Of a DNA stretch of 64,000 nt, positions 1-12,000 are shown piece by piece. The notes below the pieces were generated by a model that searched no databases, had not been told where the DNA came from, and saw only the letters and a program-made list of their open reading frames with translations. Origin of the DNA: Podarcis gaigeae (taxonomy: Eukaryota); the NCBI GenBank assembly GCA_964106915.2, contig OZ066926.1. One strand, written 5' to 3'. Each line of letters starts with the position of its first letter. Positions within the stretch are counted from its first letter, which is position 1. Both the position numbers and the translations under genes were made by a program.

Positions 1-3000
1 CAGCCTAAAATGATTTCCCTCATCGCAGAGTGCATGTCAGAATCAGGAAATGGGGGAAGGATTCCTAACCACACAGTGCAAATTCCCGCTTGGATAAGGG
101 AACAAGAAATCACAATGGCACTTCCAAGTCTTTTCCCCACCCACTTCCTCATTCTGGATCCTGGTTTGGTGGCAACAAAGGCCAGAACCACCGTGATTGT
201 TTTGGCCAGAACACAAGAAACGGTCACTGTGAAAACAAGGCCAAAAGCCATTTGTCGGAGCAGGCAGCTCACTCTTTCTGGAGGGCTGAGGAAGATCAAT
301 GGGCAGAGGAAGCAGAGCAGGAGGAAAGTGAGGAGAGTGTAGGTGAGGTCCCGATTGTTTGCTCTGACAATGGGTGTGTCCCGATGTTTAATGAAGATGA
401 CTAGGACCACCAGTGTGAGGAGAGAGAGAGAAAGAGCGATCAATGCTAAGCTCATCCCCAGAGTCTCTTTGAAAGACAGGAAGCTGATGGTCTTTAGAAT
501 GCATTGTGATTGTTCCATGTTGGGATAATGATCTTCAGGGCATGCAACACAGTCATCCATATCTGGAGAGAACATAATACATTCAGATTTCATAGTTGCA
601 AAGCAACTACTAATGGTGCTCGGTATGGAACTCATAAGCTTAAATTAGATATATCACAGATATTTCCAGAGTAACCAGATTGAGAGTGATGCATGAGAAC
701 CCCACCTCAGCACTTTGTGTTGGGTCATGTGCAGAGGCGGAGCTACTTGCTCTGACACCCAGAGCGGCATGGGGGTGGGGCTATCTGGCCCACAGGGGCT
801 GGGCTAGCCGCCCGCATGGCAAGCGTCCCTAGAGGCCTGCTGCCCAAGCGGCAAGTGGGGGGGGGCGCTGCTAGCTGCCCGTGTGGCAAGTCTCTGAGGG
901 CACTGCCAGCGCGGCGAGTGTTGGGGTGGGTGGTGTGGCCATGTCAGCCTGCTAAGAGATTACACCCAGGGTGATCCGCACCCTCCTTCCTCTTCTACTG
1001 GTTGTGTGGGGTGCCCTGTGATGGCTTACTAACTCCCCATAAACCATCTTGTGCAGTTTAGATGGACAAAGTTGGTAAGTACAAATACAAATCAGCCTTG
1101 CATTATAATGGTTCAGAACAGGAACTCAGGAATGTGTCATACCAACTCAGATAACTGGTCCATTCAGCTCAGCATTGCCTGCAGTATATCATGGGTGACA
1201 AATCTTTTTTGGGGGGGTGGCGAGGACAATGTCCATATTCCTTTATGGGGGCTGTGGGCCAATAGGGATGGAGGAGAAATTTGAATTTGTTGACATTTGG
1301 ATGTGAAAGTTCTGTAAATTGTACTTCTTGAACCAACACAAAGCATAATAGAGTTTCCCAAAAAAATGGTACAGATCTCCAATCAAACAAAATGCACAAA
1401 AATGCATATTTCCATAACTTTTCCATAATTTCTAACATTACTGATGTTTGAAAAGTATATCTTTTGTGTTTCTTACCCTTCTGGATTGAAATCTTGCCTT
1501 GAGGACATGGAGCACAATCATAGCAGCAGAATGGCTCCCCCTCCTTCTTTTCCTTGCTGGAACCAGGTGGACAACTTGGGTTACACACAGAAAGGGGTGG
1601 AATCTGCCCATTTAAAGAAACACTTAAACATTTTAGCACACAGTAATCATTAGCACTTTTTGTTTCCATTCTCTTCCATCCAGCAGTAGGAAGACACTAA
1701 ACTACTCATTCAAAACTCGGTGCCAAGCTACTCATTTTCTTTTTCATGTGTTTTTTTTAAAAATACACACAATTTTTGATGTTAGTTAATCAAAGGTTTG
1801 AACAGAAAATTAAAGTAATGAAACATACTTTTTTTAAATTTGCCAATAAGCCTGGTAAACTGTTGGCATGACAACTTAAAAAAGAAGGAGTGAATCAGAC
1901 AATAAATAATATTATGGATGGGGATAAATATTTGATTAACCCAAAAGAAATAAGGAAAGTATTTGAAAAAATTATACTTCATTATATCACTGTGGAAAAG
2001 AGGACTGTGAGAAAATGGAATCTTAATTGAGTGATTGTAACATACCCCGAGTACCCAAAGAAAATTGGCCAGGTTTGAATGCACCCGTATTTATTACCCT
2101 GATCGCTAAACAAGATAGTGACTTAGCAAAGACAAAAAATTTCAGACCTATTTCTTTATTGAACTGTGACTATAAACTATTTGCTACAATTGTAGCTAAC
2201 AGACTAAAAAAGACATTGACTAAGTCAGTCCATGGAGACCAAGCTGGGTTCCTACCAGGCCAACAAATGAAGGGCAATGTAAGAAATGCAATTAAGTTAA
2301 GAGAGTGTGTGGAAGTGAGAAATGAACAACAGGCCACATTAATATTTTTAGATGCAGAGAAAGCCTTTGATTATATTTAATGGTCATTTTTTATTAAAGT
2401 ATTAGAGAAAATGGTAATTCTTTCCTGGCTGCAATTAAAGTGATCTATACCAATCAATCCGCAATTTTTTTTAATAAATAATATTCCTTTATACAAATGC
2501 AAAATAGAAAAAGGAACAAGACAAGGGTGTCCCCTATCTCCATTGCTGTTAGAAATATTGCTTCAGAATATAAGGACAAATAGGGAAATTAAAAGTATTG
2601 AAGTGGGATGCAGTCTCTATAAATTAATAAATATAAAATATGCAGGGATTTATGATATGTAAAAGAAACCATGGAAAGAGAAGAAGGGAAGTCATTGATA
2701 TTATAAGGATGTTAAAATGAGTATTTCCCCTTCATGGATCACTGCCTTGCCATGGCGAAGGGGCTTGAATAACTCAGAGAAGCTATGAACTATGCCGAGC
2801 AGGGCACCCAAGATAAACAGGTCATAGTGGAGAGTTTTGACCAAACGTGATCCACCTGGAGGAGGAACCGGCAAGCCACTCCAGTATCCCTGCCAAGAAA
2901 ACTCCATGGACAAAGACAACAGGCATATAAAAGTTATGACGCTGGAAGATAAGCCCCTCAGGTCGGAACATGCTACTGAGGAAGAGCAGATGACAAGTCA

Positions 3001-6000
3001 ACATCAAAAAAACAAAGATCATGGCCACTGGTCCCATCACCTCCTGGCAAATAGAAGAGGAAGAAATGGAGGCAGTGAGAGATTTTATTTTCTTGGGCTC
3101 CATGATCACTGCAGATGGTGACAGCAGCCACGAAATTAAAAGACGCCTGCTTCTTGGGAGAAATGCAATGACAAACCTAGACAGCATCTTAAAAAGCAGA
3201 GACATCACCTTGCCAACAAAGGTCCGTATAGTAAAAGCTATGGTTTTCCCAGTAGTGATGTATGGAAGTGAAAGCTGGACCATAAAGAAGGCTGATCGCC
3301 AAAGAATTGATGCATTTGAATTATGGTGCTGGAGGAGACTCTTGAGAGTCCCATGGACTGCAAGAAGATCAAACCTATCCATTCTTAAGGAAATCAGCCC
3401 TGAGTGCTCACGGGAAGGACAGATCCTGAAGCTGAGGCTCCAATACTTTGGCCACCTCATGAGAAGAGAAGACTCCCTGGAAAAGACCCTGATGTTGGGA
3501 AAGATGGAGGCCACAAGGAGAAGGGGATGACAGAGGACGAGATGGTTGGATAGTGTTCTCGAAGCTACCAGCATGAATTTCACCAAACTGAGGGAGGCAG
3601 TGGAAGACAGAAGTGCCTGGCGTGCTCTGGTCCATGGGGTCACGAAGAATCGGACATGGCTAAACGACTAAACAACAACAACAAAATGATTATTTTAAAT
3701 TGTTAAACAAAATTTAATTAAGAAAAATACATTAAAAATAATGATGCTGAAACTTACCATGTTTGAGCCCCTTTCAGGCATTCACGAAGAATGCATGAGG
3801 ATGCAAATGGGGAAGAGGATTGAGAATTCATCTTCACCAGCACAGCTCCTATTGTCCCCATGTTGTTGTTTAGTCGTTTAGTCATGTCCGACTCTTCATG
3901 ACCCAATGGACCAGAGCACGCCAGGCACTCCTGTCTTCCACTCCCTCCTGCAGTTTGGTCAAGCTCATACTGGTAGCTTCGAGAACACTATCCAACCATC
4001 TCGTCCTCTGCTTTTTAAGATGCTGTCTTTTCTCCCAAAAAGCAGGTGTCTTTTAGTTTCGTAACTGCTGTCACCATTTGCAGTGATCACGCTGACTGTA
4101 TAGAGCTTCTCCATCTTTGGCTGCAGAGGATATAATCAATTTGATTTTGATGATGCCCATCTGGTGATATCCATGTGCAGAGTCATCTCTTGTGTTGTTG
4201 GAAATGAGTGTTTGTGATAACCAGCTTGTTCTCTTGACAGAACTCTATTAGCCTTTGCTCTGCTTCGTTTTGAACTCTAAGGTCAAACTTGCCAGTTGTT
4301 CCTTTTGTCTCTTTACTCCGTACTTCAGCATTCCAATCCCCTATAATGAGAAGAACATCCTTCTTTGGTGTCATTTTTAGAAGGTGTTGTAAGTCTTCAT
4401 AGTCCCAAGAATGAGCTACAAATCTGGAGACTGTGTGGAGAGTGATCTTGTGCTCAAATCCAACCTGTAGGTTTCCCACAGGTATCTAGTTGGCTACTCT
4501 AACAACCAGGATTGTTTGTTTGACCCTCTGATCACAGGGTCATTTTCTGTATAAAATCATAAATATCTACCTTACATGAAACAAAATTAAAAAAAAATCA
4601 TTCCAGTAGAACCTTAGAGACCAACTAAGTTTGTTATTGATATGAGCTTTTGTGTGCATGCACACTTCTTCAGATTTTGTTTCGACTATGGCAGAGCAAC
4701 ACGGCTACCTACCTGTACCTTACATGGTAACAACTCAAACAATATCAACCGCAGATCAAAAGGCCAGAGATACTTTAATCTGACAACAAACTGGGAGAAG
4801 AGGTATGTTTTCACCTGGCGCCTAAAGATATGTAGGGAAGAGAGCCTCTTTGGAGGGGGCGACTGATTTTTTTAAAAAATTCTTTGGCCCCCATTGTTTG
4901 AGTCTTCCTCAGTCTAAGAAATCAATTTCCTCATTCCACTGTTGGTGAGAAAAACAGCTGCCGACAAACTCAATAGTCCCTGCTTCCTTCCCATCAGAGC
5001 AACAAACCCCTTATTCTTGACAAGAGACTCATGAAATACCCTGGGATAGAGAGACACACAAGGTAACAGTCACATGCATGCCATATCAAGATGCAGGACA
5101 AGACTGGCCATGGGTGTTATCCTGGTCAAGATGGGCCATTGGACTGATCCAGCAAGCTCACATTATGTTCTTATGTAGTGCAGAGCAAAATCTAAAAGTG
5201 CAATACCATTGTTTTCCTATATCTCATGGATGTAGGAATTATGGCCCACCTGGTGAAAGCTTCTGTGCCAAACCATTCTGTTGTCATTAAGGGTGAATGG
5301 CTGGTCAGGTGTAGCCTCTACACTCACCCTTCCAACCTTGACCCTCACAAAGGAGTTATTTGGAAAAGTGACCATGTTGGTGATATCAAAGCCAGCTTCT
5401 ACTTCCCTGTTCTCACCAAAAGATACTGTTTCTCCAGCAGAGTTGTTGAAGGAGACAGTCCTGAAGAAGGGACGGAGCTGCATTGGAAGAAAAATAGGAA
5501 CTGTGAGGTAATGAATATGTCTCTCCTTTTTGGCACTCATGATGCCTCAAGTCTGTCTGTACGGTGTTTTCTATACCAATATTTTAGGAACTGTAGCCAT
5601 TTTTGTTCCAAGCTGTGTTTGACTGCCTGCACAACTGACTGCTGTATGGAAAAGCACATGAATCTGACCTTTGAAGAGCTTTGCAAGTAAACAATGTACA
5701 ACCTATTAATTATGTAACCTGTCTTTATGCTAAGGAAGTGGTGTATTTTGGGATCAACTAGAAGGGGTACATTTTAAGGTTTTAACACCTAAATTTCATG
5801 CCTTTATTTGCTGCATGAGTTGCCATGTTAAATCTCTTCTGGGGTTCTCTCACCAAAGAGTCCAACAAGAATGATATTGTTTAGCAAGCTCAGCAAAAAC
5901 TAAAAAACACGTTTAAAATCCTCTTCCTTGCTGTTCCCCATCCCATTTCCCCAGCCACAGCTACTTTTTTCTCCAGCTCCACCTGCCAGCTGTCTCCTAC

Positions 6001-9000
6001 TCGTCTCAGTCTAGGCTGAGATCTCCCTGTAACTTCTGTGCAGTGATGCTGCTTTGGAAGCAGCAGCACAGTGCAGGATTGTATCTGCACAGTGCAGGGT
6101 TGGGTCGGTTGTATTCCAAGACCCCACTAACAGGTTCTCTGCATGCAAAGGAAGTTGCTCACACAAAAATGGGACAGGTCTGGCACTTCACTGTCTTACT
6201 CCATGAGTAGCTTTTCTGCACACAAGGGGAGAATGTGCTCTTACACTGGAGCTTGAAATTTTTCCAGATGGTGGATAATTTTGACCTTTATGACTCATGG
6301 AGAATTAAACACCCTAAGGGGAAAGATATTACACACTTCTCGGAAGCTAAAAAATCAGGGGGGAAGTTTGATGCTATCTTGATTTCTAAAGGGCTGACCC
6401 TCTTCTTAGAAAAAGCAGAAATTCTGGGAAGGACTATATCAGACCATAATCCAGTAACAATACATATGGAAATTAAAAAGCAAACAAAGGGAAGGTGGAG
6501 GATGAACAATGAGATATGGAGAGACGACCAATGGCTGACACAAGCAAAAATAAAGTTAGCGGAATTTTTCGGAGATAAATGGGAAACAAAATACAGATAT
6601 AAATGTAGTTTGGGACACAAGTAAAGCATACATGAGGGGTCTTGGAATACAACAAATGGCTAGACTGAAGAGGATAAAAGACAATAATATCGAAGAGCTA
6701 ACTAAACAGATAAGAATTAATGAAAAAGAGTTGATCAAAAATCCAAAAAGTCATGAAATATTACAAAAAATAAAGATATTTGCAATCCCATATCTCTAGT
6801 ATATTAAATAAGGAAGTAGAAAATAAAATTCAATGGGCAAAACAAAGGTATTTTGAATCTGCCAATAAGCCCGGTAAGTTGTTAGCATGGATGATAAAGG
6901 AAAAGCAAACAAAAAAAGTTATAAATAAAATTTTGGACCAAGGGGAGGAAATAACAGACCCAGTAAAAATAAAAATAAAATTCTTAAACTTTTATAAAGA
7001 TTTGTATAAACAAGAACAATTAGAGATTAATAAAATGGAAGAGTTTTTACAACAAAATAAATTACCAATAATTGAAAAAGAAGAAGTTGAGGCCCTAAAC
7101 TCCAATATAGAAATAGATGAAAGAGCACAAGTAATAAAAAAAAAATGAAGAGTGGCAAATCGCCAGGTCTTGACAGAATCACATTAATGTACTATAAGAA
7201 CCTGGAAGAAGTAATCCTCCCTATATTACAAAGAATAATGAATAATATACTGGGAAGGAAAGATATACTACAATCATGGAAAGAAGCACTGATCACTCTA
7301 ATCCCGAAACAGGGAGTGGAGTTGACAGACATGAAAAATTATAGACCAATCTCCCTGTTGAATACAGACTATAAAATCTATGCTGGGGTGATGGCTAATA
7401 GATTAAAAAAGACTCTAAACAAAATAATCAGCAGAGATCAGGCGGGCTTCTTACCGGATAGACATATAAAAGACAATACAGGAATAATAATTGACCTGTT
7501 GGAGTATGTGGAAATGAAACCAAGTAAAAAGATGGCCATGTTATTGGTTGATGCAGAAAAAGCTTTTGATAGAGTATCATGGAATTTCCTATTGGAAACT
7601 TTCAAAGGTCTGGACATAGGGGAGAGAATAATTAATGGAATTAGTGTGATATATGATAACCAAAAAGCAAAACTGCTAATAAATAACGAGATCACCGAAG
7701 AGTTCAGCATCGAAAGGGGGACAAGACAGGGGTGCCCTCTCTCATCACTTCTTTTTATTTCCACCTTGGAACCACTTTTAATAGCAATAAGAAAGGATAA
7801 AAACATAAGAGGAATTAACCTAGGAACTCAATACTATAAAATTAAAGCCTTTGCAGATGATGTAATCGTAACCACTGAAAACCCTGTGAAAAGTATCCAA
7901 AAAACGCTTGCACAACTGGAAGAATTTGGGAAGGTCTCGGGGTTCAAACTGAATAAAGGAAAATCCAAATTATTAACGAAAAATTTATGTAAGTTGGAAC
8001 AAGAGGAACTGGAAAATACAACAGGTTTAAAGGTAGCCAATAAGGTAAATTATTTGGGGGTTTGGATCACCAATAAGAATATAAACTTATATAAGGACAA
8101 TTATGAGAAGAAGTGGAAGGAAATAAAAAAAGAATTAGAGACTTGGGGAAAATTAAATTTGTCCCTGTGGGGGAGAATATATCCACAGTTATAAAGATGA
8201 TTTTTATGTTCCAAACAATACCTATAATTAGAGGCATAAAGTGTTTTAAGGAATGGCAGAAAGACCTTGCCAAGTTTTTTGGCAAGGGAAAAAACCACGC
8301 ATAAAATTTAAGCTACCAACAGAGTTGAAGGAAAAAGGAGATTTCACGGTTCCTGACCTTAAATTGTACTTTGAGGCAGTGTGCTGGACATGGATTAAGG
8401 ACTGGATATTAATTAAAAACAAGGTTAAATCCCACAAAGGATTTTTAAATCATATTATGAGAAGGGCATTATATGAAGTATGGGAGAGGAGTAAAAAATC
8501 AGTAGTTTTGCATATCACTGCCTATGTCAGATAAATTACATCTTCTGAGAGGCATTACCTGCCAAGGCCAAAGCTCCTGGATCTCTCCTTCCACCACAGA
8601 TTTGTATTTGGTCCTGGACAAGAACATGGCATGTAAAGCATGTGCCGTTGCATAGACAGCATTGTAAAGACTGTAGCTGTGGCCAGACATGGTCATCTCA
8701 AAAGCAGATGAAATGAGATTCTCCAGCTTCTCCTCTCCAGTGCAGGTTCCACTGGCCTGCTCCTCTGTACCAGAGTTTGGAAATAAACAGAGAAATACCT
8801 GTGCCCAGAACTCCTTGACAAAGCCATTTCCATTTGCCTCAAAAGGATTTTGTGCCTCAAGGAAGGATTTGAATCCTTGTACCACATTTGAATGAACTGT
8901 AAAGCAGAGGGAACCATGGAAGACTTGCATATCCAGGTTCATTTGATAGGTCAATGCCGTGAAATCCAGTTGTGCTGTCAGAATCCACACCTTGCCCACA

Positions 9001-12000
9001 GATGTCTTGGTCACATTTTCCACTTCAACTAGTGCTACCATGGATCTCAAGATAAGCATGGACTTTGTTCCTCCATAGACAACCACCACTTTGGCTTCAC
9101 TTTCCATAATAGCTTGATAAATTTGGATCCAGTAGGGATACATCACATAATACTCAGCCAAATATGTCATTTTCAGGTTTGTCTCTGTGAAGGCCAAGCA
9201 AATGCCTTTCTGAGACAACAGAGGTTTCATGGTCTGAATAAATCTCTCTCCACCTTCACTTTCTCTAGCAAGCAAACCAACCCACATCCATCCAAAGTGC
9301 AGAAGTAACTCAACAATCCCAGTGTACTGATGGGCTTCATTGGGCACCATCTTGTAGAAGGAAGTGGATTGGCTTTGACCAGCATCCTCTGGGGCAAAGG
9401 AGCCATAAATGAGCTAAACGGAAATACAGTAGCATCATGTATTATTGCAGAAGGACTGGGTATGTGCATCGAAGGCATATTCACATAGGAGGCAGAATGA
9501 GCCAGTTGCCTTAAGAAGGCAGGTTCCAGAAAGCTGGGAGGGGTGGCAGATTGCACCCTGTGTTTCTCTGCCTCCAGCTTCTTCTCTGCCATCCCTGCAT
9601 GCCCAGTTTCCTGCACTCCTGCTTTCCTCTCTTCCTTTGTTTCACCACAGCATTTCAGCACCTGCTCTCATGGCGTCTTCCCTTCCTTCCTCTCTTATTT
9701 TTTATTTTTATTTTTTTATATATAAATATTTATTAAGATTTTTGTAAAAGAAAAGCATAAGTAACAAACAACATTGCTTATATCATAACAGAATTTCATA
9801 ACTTGTTTGGGCTTCCTCACGTCTCCTGCTCCCACTTACAGTGTTAAGAAGTTTTTTCAAGCAAATTATCATCTTGTTTGCAATCTTATATCCGCTCGTT
9901 TAAATATAATCTAATAGTTCTCCCAAAGGGTTTGTCTTTTCCTTAATCTCACTTATCATCGAATTCCAATCTAGTTTAGTGGTGGCCAGTTATTTATGAT
10001 CAAGCATCCTTCTTAACATTCAATCAAATTACAATATTTTTGTAAAAAAAATTTAATTTTCTTCCAGTCTTCTTCAATCCTTTCTTCTCCCAGGTCACGG
10101 ATTCTGCCGGTCATCTCTGCCAGTTGCATATAGTCTATCAGCTGCATCTGCCATTCTTCCCTCTCTTAAACCAATTATATTGAGAATTCACATCAAGTGC
10201 CACAATGTGTCAGCAGCTGACTCCTGATAGGCAGGCTTCCAGCTTTGCAAGAGAGCAGCTTCAGTCTCCATCTGGTAGGCCATGGAGCAAAGGTGAGAGG
10301 GTGTCAGTTGGAAGAATGGAATTTGGATACATGTTTTTAGGTGTGTGTGGATAAGGAAGTGGGGTGAGATGAGCACTCTTCCATCATCACATTACCTTCT
10401 CTCCATCCATAGACACTGACAGTTTGATGCTACACATTCTATTTAATTGTGCAAAGCACACTGGGAACACTTTTTGTGAAGGGCAGAATCACTCTCCTTT
10501 GTCACTCACAACTATTTCTATATTAAACAAATACTTTCTGGATAGAAAGGATCATGGTGAATCTGTGTGAAATCCCCAAGGCAGTATCTTACCTGGGGAA
10601 TCTTGTAGATCCTCAAGATGTTTTCCAGGTAGACAGAGGTATCAAAGTCCAGTCCCCCAATAACTGCCACCAGGTGTTTCTGGATTTTGCACTCGTAATT
10701 GGGCATAAGTGTGGAGGGAAAGTTCATAGCAGCCTGGTAGGTCATCCTTTCATCAAAGTAATTGTCATAGATGTGGAATCCCAGTGTAATATTGGGTAAG
10801 ATCTTGGGGTTCTCATTGATCTCCTTGACAGCAAATACCAAGGCCAGAATATGCTGGTAGTTCTTTGGCACAACACTGCAACAAGAATTTTTTGCTGTAT
10901 CATTGGGAGATATGCTATACATGTTTTAAACAGGCCTCTTTATGATTCTTCAGTATTTTAGTGGAAATAGTGCCCTAATATACAGTGGTACCTCGGGTTA
11001 AGAACTTAATTCATTCTGGAGGTCCATTCTTAACCTGAAACTGTTCTTAACCTGAGGTACCACTTTAGCTAATGGGGCCTCCTGCTGCAGACACGCCACT
11101 GTCGCACAATTTCTGTTCTCATCCTGAAGTAAAGTTCTTAACCAGAGGTACTACTTCTGGGTTAGCGGAGTCTGTAACCTGAAGCGTCTGTAACCCGATG
11201 CATTGTATTCCACTTTTATTGCACTTGCACCAATATATGCATTTTTATGGACACTTTATGTTCATATATTCATTTTTGTTTACATGGTTTGGTTGGAGAA
11301 CTGTACTGAACAATTTGGAGAAGTGTGAATTTCAAATGATGGCTATGTTTTAGTTTTGATATATTTTTAAAGCAAACAAATTTTGGTAGCTTCACCTTTA
11401 AATATGAACTGATTTGAATTCCCCGCTTCCCAATAAAAAATATTGATATTAACTTTGGGGTCCATCATATACAGGGTGAGTCTTTTAAAAGAGGCCCCAT
11501 GGAGCATTTGTGTTCTGTATCCACGGGGCCTCTTTTAAAGGACTCACCCTGTACTTGACTACACTTTTTGAAGATCCAAAAGATCCTGCTGCTAACACCA
11601 GCATCTAAATAATTTTCTCTCATACCAACTTCCTTAGGCCTCGCTCCTGTCCAGTTCACACACAGATTGGTTTAGCAGCTAGGTACAATCTGCCTCTGAC
11701 TGTCAAACTCCTCAGACTATGTTCCTGGCTGCTTGGACAGCTGAGCTCCTTTAATGTGCTTTTATAATTTTCTCCTGGTATGAACTGGGCAGAATTTTAG
11801 CTTAATGTAGGGCTCATTCAGACTTCCCCTAGTCCTGCCATTTACCTCTGGAAAAATCTGTTCTTTACCACTTAATTGGAACTCATACCTCCCTCAACAC
11901 TTCTCCCAACTGACAGTTAACTGACATTTCTTCAGTGATCACTACCTTCAGCTGAATAAAGTCTGAATGTATCTGATTCAGTCTAAAATATTACATTCAT

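Noticed and set aside
10-528. Plus-strand ORFs (MISLIAEC.., MDKGTRNH..) recurring at each TM exon
   Set aside because: Antisense shadows of V2R exon 6; they recur because the DNA is near-identical, and their lengths vary (early stop in gene C).
2822-3643. 273-aa minus-strand ORF
   Set aside because: Antisense frame of the BovB element.
7145-8194. 349-aa reverse transcriptase as a novel RT system or domesticated gene
   Set aside because: Ordinary L1 ORF2 fragment flanked by frameshifts and stops, private to one intron.
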